Source: Balanoglossus misakiensis (Eukaryota > Animalia > Hemichordata). Taken from it: a stretch of 64,000 bases of DNA. Below are positions 13,011 to 26,300 of the stretch, in pieces. Under the pieces are notes generated by a model. It searched no databases and was not told where the DNA came from. It saw only the letters and a list, made by a program, of their open reading frames with translations. The stretch spans positions 12,398,286-12,462,285 of the forward strand of contig CM082581.2 of assembly GCA_040954595.2 (NCBI GenBank), in the 5' to 3' direction. Position 1 is the stretch's first letter, and each line of letters starts with the position of its first letter. Made by a program: the position numbers and the translations under genes.

Positions 13011-14800
13011 ATGCTTGTTGTTTCAAAGTGCATGCATGCTCGATTGCTGCGTCACCTACATACACCACTGCGTTCTTGTGCTTGTAGGTTTTACAGCATG
13101 GAGCTAACGGAGGAGGCCAAAAAATCAGCCGCATACGCCGCTGTTGATAATCACGTAAAGGTAAAGGAGAGCTGGGATTTCCACCCAAGTTTTGTAATCT
13201 TTCACATCATCATATTTGAATCATTCATTCATCCCATCCCTTGTATCATAGTAAAACTTGTTTCCCCTCCATTGCAGACCAATCAAAAGCTAGGCATAGG
13301 AAGTGGATCTACAATTGTCTATGCAGTTCAAAGATTAGGTAAATATTGCTTCAAAATAAAATGTCTACTTCCACACTGGCACACCCACACACATTCTTCA
13401 CATGCTCATTGTCCTTTACACCAACCTCTGATGTGATGAATTCTCTCCTTTTACAGCACAGCGTGTAAAAGATGAAAAGTTAGATGTAGTTTGTGTTCCC
13501 ACATCATTCCAAGCAAAGCAGCTCATCATTGACAATAATCTTGTCCTGAGTGACCTGGAAAGAACTCCACAGGTAAAGGAATGTTTGTTGAACTTGACTC
13601 TACCTCTCTCCACAAGAGTTTGGTCCAATTTCATTGTTATTATGAATGGTGTGTCACAGTTTGATGCTTATTATTATTTTCTGTAGTTGGATGTTGCCAT
13701 AGATGGAGCTGATGAAGTGGATGCGGATCTTAATCTCATTAAGGGAGGAGGGTACGTAACTTGCAACATTGCTAATACTAAGGCTGCATTATGCCTGATA
13801 TTTTTGGCATCCTCTGGTGCCCCATTCAAGCCCGTGGATGGACTGTATCCAGAATGACCAAGTTAATACATGAATTATATCATCATCATCATCATCATCA
13901 TCGTCAAGAGTTTTTCATTCACTATTTCTTTTCCTCTCTGACTAACAGCGGATGTCTGACACAAGAGAAGATTGTTGCAGCTGCTGCGGAGTACTTTGCA
14001 GTCATTGCTGACTCGAGGTGAACACAATTTCCAATCTCAATGCACAATAGTGTGCACCACTTGTGAACACATTCTGTGGGTTTATATGTGCGATGATGGT
14101 AACAAAAATTCCCATCTTCTGTGGACAGTATCAACAAACAACGGGTTGTGAAATCACACAGTGTGATTTATTTTTTCAGGAAAGATTCACAAGTTTTAGG
14201 TGAGAAGTGGAAGAAGGGAGTGCCAATAGAAGTGATTCCTATGGCCTATGTGTCTGTGATGACCAAATTGAAGAAATTGGGTGGTGTACCAGAACTAAGG
14301 ATGGCTAAGAGTAAAGCTGTAAGTCTGACATTGTTTGTATTTGCTGCATTCTGCTCTGGATCCATTAGTTGTCCATTGACCCTCAGATTGCTCCTCCAAA
14401 CGGATGTCATACCGCCCTCTATGGTCATCGCTTGATGATCTTTTCATTGTCACTCTTTGATTGCAGGGACCTGTCGTCACAGACAATGGCAATTTTATAA
14501 TTGACTGGAAGTTTGACAAAGTCCCCAGCAGCTGGGCTGAAACAAATCAGACAATCAAAATGATTCCAGGTATGTGATGTGTATCATGTGACATTTTCTC
14601 ATGCCACAAACAAAACACGAAAAGATTTTGAATGATCAAGCAATACCATCCTGTCTCCTGTACATGTTTCACAGCCCAACTTTATTTTTGTTTAAAATAT
14701 TTTCTTTTACATTACAGGAGTGGTGGAAACAGGGCTGTTTATCAACATGGCCAATAAGGTCTATTTTGGAATGCCAGATGGTTCAGTATCTACCAGATAA
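13011..14800 (+). CDS. RPIA: Ribose-5-phosphate isomerase A, multi-exon; start uncertain (12993, 13011 or 13098)
   Basis: [89 protein letters not shown]; TAA at 14798-14800. Confidence 0.95.
13878..13902 (+). repeat. (CAT)n microsatellite in RPIA intron
   Basis: About 8 tandem ATC/CAT units. Confidence 0.9.
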
Positions 14801-15676
14801 TCGATTGTCAGCTGTCGATTGTGTTAGTCTGTTATATTCATTCTTGCCACAGTGCTTTTGGCAAATTGGGTTATGTAGGGGTAGTAGAGTGGTGTAAAAC
14901 CATGAGTCAAGATTTTGAACTTCAGCAATATTAAATCATTGTCAATCATCATGTTTTTTTACCAAGTTGTTAATTTTGCTTTACTTGTCTTTTGTATATT
15001 TGAAGTATATACACAGTCTTTTTGCCAGATAATATATGCAGTATCTCAGACAATCCAAGTTTAAAGTTTCTCAGAGTGTATTGAACATGAGAAACAAAGT
15101 GCACATCCACAAGATTGCCACTTTTACATACATCAGTATAGAATAGAATACAGCAACCACCTGTTCATGTTCAGGTTCCCAGTTCGACTGATATTGTGCG
15201 CTATCTACAATGTCATCACGATTGATAGATTGTAGATATATACACATGCGACCTTGGCCTCTAAAAGATAAATTGATTATTACTAGTAGAGACCTATATT
15301 AGTAAAAAGTAGGTTAGAAGTGCATTGCTGTTCTGAAGTGTATCTGGACGACTTTAATCTATTTAGTTTCTCTCCTTCGCTTGTTACTAATAATTATCCA
15401 TGGAATAATAAATTCTATATTTCACCTTGATACTGATAAAACGTTTTCCAGTCCGTGTCAGCCTTGTTGCACTGCAGTTGAAAATTAAACGCTTGTGCAT
15501 GATATAGGGTGTAACCGAGTGGGCGTTTTTGCCGTGTTTTCTCCGTTGGTGGCGTGGTTTTATTAATCTCATTTGGTCATTTTTTTTCATGTCTTGACGA
15601 TTAAAACAGGGTCCAAAGTACGACAGAGGTCAGATCCGATAGCCTGTAAAATCCGCGGTAAATATACAACTTTGGC

Positions 15677-18600
15677 ATGAAGAGCATTTCAACATGGCAT
15701 CTGTGGAAGTGCCCTATTTTCGCCAGGATCACTAAACCATCAGCACGACAGGTAAGCGGTATGTGACGATTTCACCGCAGCATCTCCGTCACAAATGACT
15801 ACGTCAATGCTTTATTAACACTTTGCATGGGTAAATTGGTATCGGAAAACAATATATTGTAGATTCAGGGTTGTTTTTGTTGTATTTTCTTTTTTTGTTG
15901 TGATTCGTGTGACTGACCGTTGGGGATTCCAGGTGTAGCGTCGGGTCAAATAACGCCCACGAAGGTCAGTCGCAATTCCATTGATGAGAACCAGCGATTT
16001 TTAAATATTAGTACGTCCAGGTGTACCTTTAATCAGACGTTCAAAGTGCAGACAATTTACAGGAACATCCCAATCACGGCATTGATTAAATCAGAGATTG
16101 AATTCAATCAAAGCTTTGTCGAGATGCTGTCGTATATTATATAAATCTAGTTAACGCACCATTAAAACAGTTCTGGGAGGTTTCATGTCTGCCTACCTAA
16201 AAGAAATTGAAACGTGACAGATTCACCCCATTTTCTCGTCTCCATTTCTTCAACAACGATTCCTGATGCCGCGATTGTTCTATCGCTGTTGCGTAGTACA
16301 AGCATATTTCGGTAAATAGTTACGGTAAAACTTTCCACGTGACCGATTCAATGTAATACCAAGAAATCCATGGTGAGCAACCCGCAGATTTGACTGTCGA
16401 AAGAGAATTCAATTACACGTAATGCACAGATTACCTGACTTGCTGTCAATTTTAATAAAGATTTCACGTTTCTGTTCATTTTCTCCCGATAAATATTCTC
16501 CTGCAGACGTAAACACGCCACTCTAGAATGATTAACGGTACTTAACGTCACCACTTTGCACGCTGATTATAATATTCAGTCACCTGGCACGCAGCGACAC
16601 GAAGCCAATATTCACAGTTGTTCCATGTTTGCCCAAGCTTATGTATTCATATTTTACAGCTACTGAAAAAAGTATAAATCATTGATTTACTGCATGGTCT
16701 ACATCATTATGACTATTTTTCTGCATATTCCATGATACCATCCATTTGGGGTGTTACGTTGTATTACGATACATCATTACGTATCCGTGCAAATATGATC
16801 TCCAATTCACATCTGGATACCGAAATGGCCGACAATGGATGGACCATTATGCATTCTCATTCTGTTTGTCATGAATCCCTTGGTCGTTATTAATGTACAA
16901 CTTGTGGGTTGTACTCTTTATTTTTTAATTAGTGTTATTTTGGCCTTTTCAATTTCAGATTGCTTTGGGCGTGTCAGTAACCACGCTACTGTACGTCGTG
17001 ATCAAATCCCTGGAGTTCAAAGTTCGCAGCGTCACGCCCTCTATCAAGTGGTTTCCAAGAGTCTGTGCTATTCAAAGACGTGCCCCGGGTCTCAGGTAAA
17101 TGCACGAATTGGTTCTGCACATGCCGTGGTGCAGGCTGTATTATTAAAATAGCCACAGCGCTCATCATCAACAACGCTGTTCGAGTCACCTGGCAACTGC
17201 CCATTATCATAGGATGAACAGCGTCATGCCGTTTTAAGAGGATGACGGGTCGAACCCCCTACATATTTTGCATTATTTGTTACACCCACAGATTGTCTGT
17301 GTTACAACGAAAAATATAAAATCAATGGAGACCTTTAGCTCTAAATGAAAACTACAAAAATTTATGAAAGGCTCTGTATGTGATTTCTACCTTCTGTAAA
17401 AACTGATAGTGTCGTTTGCTGATCCGCGGCTAACTCTTGTATTGCAGAAAGTGTCAACTTGAAAGTGTCTCCATGGCCTCTGACGAAAACCAAAACACAG
17501 ATGCCAAAATTGGCGAACCCGCTGTGACCTTACATATCTTGCCCGACAATGATGGGCTCGACTCGTCTCTACATGAGGAGGAGAGTTCGGAGAGTGAGAA
17601 AGTTACCGATGGTGTGATCAGTCCGTCCGAAGACCAAGGAACTGGTAAAGCGCCCTCATCAACAGGTGTTTCCGATGAAGACACGGGTCCTTCCGATTCT
17701 GTTGCTTACGATCCCAGCAAAATTGACGAGTTGCTGAAGTTTGTTCAGGATTGCGAGGAATCTGGCGACTACGGTGTTGGCGACGATGTTAAGGACGGAG
17801 AAAGGGACGGACCGGGGACTGGCGGCAACGTCGCGGAGAGCGACAATTTGAACAGTGCCCCCCTGGAGTTCATGGTGACGTACGGAGATTCGGGAGACGG
17901 CGAACCGCAGTACTCTATGCGTAGCTACGAAATCGGTCGGCGGTGCGGTTACGAAGAAGCCCACGATTCTGACGCAGATACTGACGACGGGGCGACAGAA
18001 CAAGTTGAACGGGGCGGTAGTGATGGAGAGGAAGACGATGGGAATCTTGAGAAGTCACCGACGCGTCTCGCTGGCACGGATGAACAGGCTGGTAGTCTGG
18101 ATGGATATAGCGATGGTTCTCATTTGTCAGTCGAAGCAGCGTGCAACCCCGAGGATCAAAACGGCCATGGTAAAGTGCAGATCAATGATGACTCTGAGTT
18201 TGTCACTATGGAAACGGCACAGGGACGTGAAGAGCGCGTGGAAGGGAGTCCGTCTGTTGAGGGGTCTCCAAACACTCCGTCTGGTGACGAACAGCAAAAT
18301 GGAACAGAAGACTTGGCATCCGGAGATCAGAGTCCGACAGATGAGAGTTATCCGCAACAAGCTGCTCTCCAACAATCACAGTCACCAGATGTAAATGAGA
18401 CAGTCACAAGAAGCGATGATGTCCGAGAGACAACGACACAAGACGCAGGAGATGACATGGGACATGAAATCTCCACAGATGAAGATGGGCCGGATGATTT
18501 GATTGTCCTCTCGAGCGAAGAACCAGATTTTGAAGTTCAAGATGAAGAGATGGCGACGACACCCGTGGAAGAGAACCCAGAACCTGTATATGACACAAGT

Positions 18601-19875
18601 CAAGACGAAGATCGCATAGTTGAACTTCATCCGCATCCCGTCACGACGCATTATTACGACGAAGAACCTGAAATCGCCGGCCGACCAGACTCCAGAATGA
18701 ATCTGAGTCTAAGCAGCTTCCTCAGCGTCGATTCGGACGACCTCGATGCCGCCGGTTCTACAGGGAGCGTTGGCGAACTCCAATCGCCGCTGAGGACCAT
18801 TCATGCGTTCGATTCCATCAGCGAGCTGGACGACGACGAGGACGGTGTCTTCCATCAGGATCAACGAGATGGAGATTCCTCAGAGACAGAACGGACGGCA
18901 ACGAGAGAGAAGGAACCATCGTCAGTGGAAACGGAGGACACGAAAAGTGACGGTGGTGGGTACACAATCGAAGAGGCCAGGTTGGTTACACTTCCAGAAG
19001 AACAGATCGTATATCACACAGTTCTGACGTTTACCACTGGATTCCACGTCCTTGACAAAAAAGTCAGAAAGGAAAGGAGATCTAGGGTGAGTTGAATAGA
19101 AAGAATATCTTCGATAGAATTCTTGGGACAAAAATAGTGTTTTCTGTAACGTGCCATTGGGTGGGGGCAGGTAGGAATTAGAAAAAAATATATTTTAACC
19201 CAGTACTCGCATTGAAATGTGTGTCGTAATCTCTCTGTCTCTCTCTATCTGTCTCTATCTCTCTCTCCCGCCTCCCTCCCCTCCCCCTCGCATTTATTCT
19301 CCCTCACTCAGAGGTCTACATGTAAAGATAGAGAAGAGTGCGAAATGGTTGCCACCGGTGTATACAAACCTTACGATCTCTTCAGAATCATTCGGCACTA
19401 TCTGGAGAAATGGTTCGAAACGGATGACACCAAAGTCTACATCGTGACACCCACCATAGATTGCATTATGCTCACCGAACTCATGGAGTGTATGCTGAAA
19501 ACGAACTATGAGGATGATTCCACCGAAGGGGGCGCTCTGGAACGGCTATGCACCAGAGACATCGGCCCTGCGACCGTCAAACTTTCCCAGCGCATGAAAA
19601 ACCTCTACCACCAGAAAATAAAGCCGTGCGTTTGGACATCGAAGGTAGGCATCAGCGCCTTCAACTGCAAGTTTTTCGCTGGAGAATACCCGAACGGGAA
19701 GGTGGAACTGTTGATCACAAGTGCGAATTTCACAACTGCGCATCTCAACAAGGAAAAGCGGCACGTCTACAATGACCGGCAGAGGGACACCTTAGTTCTG
19801 CTAAAAACAACGCCGCAGTACTTTCACGACAAGTATTTGGAACCTTTGGATCCAGTTTTACGAAAACTTGTATAG
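15677..19875 (+). CDS. Uncharacterised ~804-aa protein: N-terminal hydrophobic anchor, long acidic low-complexity region, C-terminal PLD-superfamily-like domain
   Basis: Four exons (15677-15751, 16959-17095, 17448-19086, 19312-19875) join in frame at GT-AG sites with phases 0, 2, 0, giving 2415 nt. The C-terminus has VYIVTPTID...FNCKFFAG...LLITSANF. Confidence 0.75.
19229..19290 (+). repeat. (TC)n / polypyrimidine tract
   Basis: Imperfect TC repeat and C-rich run upstream of the acceptor at 19311. Confidence 0.8.
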
Positions 19876-20385
19876 GCAGCCGTGTATATTGGCCAAACGC
19901 ACATGAACAATATCAGCCAGAAAGACGTTTTACCCCCACGCGGAGGACGATATCTCATTCTTCTTTCCAATTATATTTCTTTCTCATTAGTGGAAAATAG
20001 TCTGTTTCATTTTATTCTTTTCTTTTTGTGAGACACGTTATTGTTTTTAATAGTATTTGGTTACTGTTTTTAATAGTATTTGGTTACATTTCCTTACGCG
20101 TCACCTGCAGTGTTGCTTATAGATGTAACGTGTATTAGAAGTGATGCTACAGTCTTAAAAAGTAGTCTTTGACATTGTAATCTAAACACGATCAACTGGA
20201 ATTTATTTTGTATGAAATGGACGCAATTTGCGCGATAAATCATCGACAATACAGTGATATTAAGTTTACTGTATTAGTAAGCAAAGGGTTGGACAAACGA
20301 AATCAGACATCATTTTGGAAATGTAACATCAAGTCAGTGTTTCCGTTTTGGGTTTAGACACAGAGTGGAGTGAAAGTGGTTCAGG

Positions 20386-22013
20386 CTACGATTGTCCACG
20401 GAGCAATTGCCCTAGTTTGCGCACGTGTTGCACGACTTTTCTCTGGAGTAGTGTGACGCACATCGACATCATGGCAAGTCCAGTTACTACATACAGAGAC
20501 CAGTATATGAAATAGGCGGATGATCTGTCATTCGGCAAGATATCACCAAAGCCAATGGTCAAGAGCGTGGTCGCGGTGAAGTAAAACGAATCGCAGTATG
20601 TCCAATCGTGCCACAGATATTCAACCATCGAACCAATGAGAATGAAACACGTCATCGTCGCCAAGACAACACACGCGGGGATTCCATACTCCTCCTTATC
20701 CGTCATCACCGGTTCCAGTTCGTCTTCGCACACCTGCGATCCCTGGTCACGTGACCTAGCAAAACTGGGCATCAGCTCAGTTCTCATGATCTTACCGGTG
20801 ACGCCGTCCCAAATATACCTCCCGCCGAAATCGGTGCCGGTGGACGGGAATGCCCCGTCAACGTCGACTTCGACGGGCGAGCCGTTCGAAACAGCACCGC
20901 TTCTCGCCATGACGCAAGTGCGAAGATTCGCATACAGCGAGTCCGCGAACCGAGCGAGGCAATTACCAACGTGGGCCAGGAAGAGCAACATCAATGGCAC
21001 ACCGAATGCAGCGTAAACGACGCATACCAGTTTTCCTGCTGTCGTTGACGGTGTCACGTGACCATACCCTGTAATCCAAATCATATTGAAATTGAGTTGT
21101 AAATTCTCTAAATTAATAATGAGGAGATAATTAATATTGCATGGTCCCTCATACCCTTAAAATTAACGATTCACTGGTAATTTTTGAGCCAATATATTTT
21201 CTGAAAGTCTGCTAAAATGCATGTATAGGGAAAATTTTTGGTACTACCATTGTTTTGGTTTGGGAGGGCATTTACAACAAATAAATTATATCCTGCCCCA
21301 AACAGTTTCACATATGACTTGTTAACGTTTAGGGATATCCTGGTAAAATGTACGCTATATGTTTCCAGTGATGGTCAGTGGTTCGCATATGACACTCCAC
21401 AGCCTTGACCGTGGTGTATGTATGCGACATAGTGAGATAATCGAATATTAACGATCCATGTTTACAAACAATAGTCAGTTACCTGTTTGTTAATTTTAAA
21501 GCGGTTTTTTTTCTCTGATGAACGACGAGAGCTTTTTTTCTAGCTTGTAGTGACAAAAAATAACACTTAGAACTCACCTATTGAGGTTATCACTGTCAGG
21601 CAAAAGACCAAGGCGCTCAGAGTTGACCAGTCATTATTGGGGACTTTCGATTGTAATATCGCATCTTCCAAAATTTGGGAGAAATTTGACAGTTTCTCCA
21701 TGGCCACCGGAGTCCAGTTTTCATCGTCCAGTTTCGCATTCCAAAGGTCTGCCACTATTTCAAGGTGGAGTTTTGTTAAATTTAGAGTCGTGTCCGTGTA
21801 ACTCTGTCGTCCGCCCTCGATGTAGCGAAATACAAGGGTGCCCACTACTAAGTACAAAACCATCAAAATATACAGACTAAAGCGTACATTTGGGCAGTGC
21901 TTTAAATGAAACGAACACAGTTTCGATCGGAGAATTTTCCAGTTGTCGCTTCCATTCGTCGGTGCTTCCATGTCGCTAAATGATATTCCCCCATCCAACG
22001 TTATCCGTCGCAT
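20386..22013 (-). CDS. Two-pore-domain potassium channel (K2P; KCNK18/TWK-like), 2 coding exons
   Basis: Exons 21578-22013 and 20386-21068. The splice reconstitutes pore loop 1, TVITSIG|YGHVTP; pore loop 2 is TLLTIGFGDILP. There are four hydrophobic helices and a long M2-M3 loop. The start codon is uncertain. Confidence 0.9.
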
Positions 22014-22789
22014 CAACAACTATGGAACACTATTGTTGATTAGCTCGATGCAATTACCACCTCGTGAATGACTATTATGCTCACGCGAAATTGATTACGT
22101 CATCAGATGCAAAAGTGAACGTCGAGTTCGTATTGCTGGTCGTTGATTTTTCGACCAACCTGAAACGCAGTAAGACCATCATGTTATTACCAACAAGTCA
22201 CCAACGCCGTCCTTAGCCTAACACCAGGCAATTGCACAGAGAGAGAAAAATGACATATAGTGACCTTCATTTATTTTTAGTTGTTTGGATGATAATGAAA
22301 TTAGGCCCACGTGTTTGGACAAAATATGTGAACGTTATGCGATTAATAAGCCTTATTCCCAAATGATCAAATGATGAATACAGGATAATTGAGACTTACT
22401 CATTAGGCTAGGAAGAGCGTAGTACACGGCAAGAAAACCACAGGCAGATTTCGGGATATGTCCGTGACCAGGGTGTGATCCGTACCCGTAACAGGACTGG
22501 AGGATCAACATATGTTACGTGGTCTGAAAAAGCCGAACCGATTTCAGAGATGTATCATCTGGACACGCCTGAATTCGCATGGAGTAGGCTTGAGTAGGCC
22601 TAAAAGTAGCCTAAACATTGCTGATTAGATTTCTGCACTCACGACATAAAGATACTGGACATTACATAATCGTTTTATTAAAATGAAGGTTCTTTAATAT
22701 GAAGAAGTGAGAAGTTGGACGTAAACCAAGGACAGTGTTCTGTCGTGTCTCATGTCGATCGACGGATTACGCCCCCAACGTTATATTAT

Positions 22790-23000
22790 TGTCGATCGAA
22801 AGTGACGTCATACTATGAATTTTAAGATGGCTGACATAGTCGTCTTTTGTTGTTGTTTGTGAAAATCGGGAGGGCGAATGCCCCTGTTGGACCCACTGAA
22901 CGAAGTTATTAACTGTAAACGAGTTATCGTGATGAGAACTTCAGGTGCCACAAAGCTAAGATAGCGCTACGTGAGAATGCTGTCGCCAGCTACGAGGTAA
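22790..23000 (+). promoter_or_regulatory. ZRANB1 promoter and non-coding first exon
   Basis: Full CRE TGACGTCA at 22803-22810, YY1-like AAGATGGC at about 22824, CpG-rich. Donor gag|gtaaat at about 22996 and acceptor caag|G at about 23302, upstream of the ATG. Confidence 0.55.
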
Positions 23001-23344
23001 ATCTAGTTTGTTTCGGTCAGCTGTAGGCACAGTGTTTGATGGTTGTGTATCGGTAGAGATCGGGCGTCTCGGGTCGTGGGTATTTAAATGTAGAGACATT
23101 TCTTATGTCGCTCAGTACTGTCGTGATTTTGCGTGTGCACGAGGGCATTTCGATTTTGGAAGAAACTCCCATAAGTTAACACCAGTTACTGCCAAATTTT
23201 TCGTACTTTGCGAACGTCCAGGAGAGTTTTCGTCGGAATATACAATTTACAAAATACACTTCTGCGGGTATTTCCCATCATTCGTGTCGACGTACGTGCA
23301 AGGTGTGTGTGTGGAAGAAGACGGTATCGCAGTTGCTTCACGAG

Positions 23345-26300
23345 ATGAGCGAATCAAAGAAATGGCAGTGCGAATACTGCACGTACTTGAATTGGTCTTC
23401 TGCTGTGAAATGCACCCTATGCCGCGCTCCCAAACCTCTGCGCATCATACCACCAGAAAAAAGTCCCAGTACTCGACCCGAGAGCGGCCCGTCCTCTCCT
23501 CTTATATGTGCCGAGGCATCCGAGAATGAAAACAACAAGCCAGCCCTGGCAAAGTGGTCTTGCAGGGCCTGCACGTATTTGAACTGGCCCAAGGCGAGCA
23601 AGTGTTTGCAGTGTTATACCCCAAAGGGTGGGACCATCATTGCCAATGAGAGTGGAAGTCCAAGGACTGGTTCGAGAAGACAACCGCCCACCTCACCTGA
23701 CAGTGATAAAAGTAAAATACGGGTAGTGAAATGGACTTGCACAGCATGCACTTATGACAACTGGCCAAAAGCAAAGAAATGTGTGCTGTGTCATACTCAT
23801 CGAGACCGTGATCGGACTAGATGTGATGATCAGCCGAGTACCTCAGGCGAATGCGACGACAATAATCGCACCAACACAGGGAATGGAACGACACGTATTT
23901 CTCCAACTTTGCCCAGCCCCATCGGTGCCAGTGGTGTTCAGACCATCGAACTTGCTGCAGCCACGGCCGCTTCCACTGCAGCAGCAAGCAGCAGCAGCTG
24001 CAGCAGCAATTACGAGGAGGAGCGAGAGCAGCGCAGGTTGAAACAGTTGCGCAAGAGGATGCGTAAATCCGACTGGTTGTTTCTCAACGCTTGCATTGGT
24101 GTTGTGGAGAACGACACCCAAGCCGTGGAGGCATATTTAACATCTGGAGGAGACCAGGGCCGCCAGCTAACACAGGATGAAGTTTACCTTCTGAACAGAT
24201 CTAGCGCTTTCGATATCGGGTTCACGCTTGTTCACCTGGCAATTCGCTTTCAACGGGAGGAGATGCTAGCCATTCTGCTGACTCCAGAAGTCGCAAGTCA
24301 CGCACTCAAAAGAATGCCGTGTCATGTGAGTCTGGACCTAGCAGCTGACATTCGACGGGACATCGCTCGATCACTCAGGCAGAGAAAAGGAGACTTTGCT
24401 TGCTATTTCATGACTGAATGTGTAACATTTGCTCTTCCAGTAGGTAAGTGATAACTTAGTCATGGATCTGGGTAAGAAGGGCTTGGGTATGTGAAAACTT
24501 TCAAAAGAAAAATTCTTAATCCTTTGCTCTTTGAAAGGAGAACTTAAGGTACACCATGAACTTGACCGTGAACTGTAACTAGTGAACTTTGGCATAAATC
24601 CCAAATTGTTGTTTGAACAACATCATAAATGATAACATCACAGTCAGGTGGAGGTAATGGTAATGCTGCTCTGTGATATAAATGTGCAAAAGAAGTACTC
24701 AGGAACAGGAAGTAGCAACTGTGCAGTGCTAATTTTACCAACAGTACACTGAAACTTTTAACCACAGAGTGACCTGTTGCCTTCAGTAAATATTAGCATT
24801 GCCATGTCCTAAATTACAAATCGGAAAGATCTCAGAAAAACAGATTTCAGGAAGGTTCCTTAGTATCTGAAAATGCAAAGTTTTAGTCACAGTTTTAACG
24901 CAGGTATGTGCCCTGCTTATAAAAAGACAGTGCCAGTGGTATTTCCATATCAATGTGACAGAGTTTGTGCATTGCTGTGAAGGTCAACATTGTTGGTGTT
25001 GACCTTCGGGGAACACAGTGCATTATGGGAGGGGACTGATACACATACATACTTGTCCCAGTTGTTACTTACATGTTGTGAACTTTTAGTGTAGCTTTAG
25101 ATCACAGATGAGTATATTGGAATCCTGCCAAGCTCAGTACATACTCTGTGGCTCATTTTCTCTTTCTTTCTTCCTTCCAAACCAGAAATTGAGGATTTCC
25201 CATTATCAGTTCGTAATCAACTCTTTGATGAAATTCTAGACAGAGATGTGCAAAAAGGTAAGTGTGTCATCTTGTATGACCTGTAATACTTATACAGACA
25301 TGAAGAATGCAAGGTTAAAGAGTCAAACTGCAGATATGAGTACTGGTAATTGGAAACAATATGAGTGAATGAACATCTGGCAATGTTATATTGAATGTCC
25401 GAAGTGATCATTTACACTGACCTTATGTGTGTATATCAGCTGTAAAGTGATTTCTGATTTGACTGAAATTGTTCTTCACGACATGTAATAAAACCAGTAC
25501 AATGTATGGCTAGTTATTTTATCGTTGCAGTAGCATTGTATTTTGTCCAGTTATTACAGTTGTTGTGTTTATATTACCACTGTTATGTCTGCATTAGAGA
25601 AGATGTCTTGGAGAGTAGACAGACAGACACAGGTGGGACTGTCCACTTGTCTCTCTTGGATTCAGGTCACTGTGAGTTTTTTGTCAGCAGTGAGCTGAAT
25701 CCAAAAATATGTCAGCCTAGGAGCAATTTATTGTGAAGCTATCCTGCTGCTGTTTCTGACTATCTTTAATGATGTTATTTCCCCCCAGAACTAGAGCAAG
25801 AATCTCCGATAATAAATTGGAGTTTAGAATTAACTGAGCGTCTTGGCAGTCGTCTGTATGCACTATGGAACAGAACAGCAGGAGACTGTCTCTTAGATTC
25901 TGTCTTACAAGCCACCTGGAGCGTCTTTGACCAAGACAATATCCTGAGAAGAGCTCTGGGGGACAGTTTGAATGAAGGTGCAGCCAGGTACTGTAGAATT
26001 AATGGTTTTTCATTACCATTTCATCAACTGTGGCTCTTGTCTTGTCATGTTTCATCAGTTAATGGAAATTTCATCATACTTGTGTGTCATGCCCACTTGC
26101 TGTGGAGGTTGTTGACCTTTCAGTTGATGGTTCCATCCAGCCCACATGTAGGGAAAACATTGTTAAAAAATAAGGAAATCAAGTATCAAGCGAGGAGTAT
26201 TGTCTGTGAACCCTGACCTATAAGCTTTATGATCTCACAGATTTTACGTGCGATGGAAAGACTATGAGAGAACGCAGGCGGAAAACTTGCAGTACAGCTT

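Noticed and set aside
20042-20087. 23-bp tandem duplication in the 3' region of the PLD-like gene
   Set aside because: A simple slippage duplication with no sign of function.
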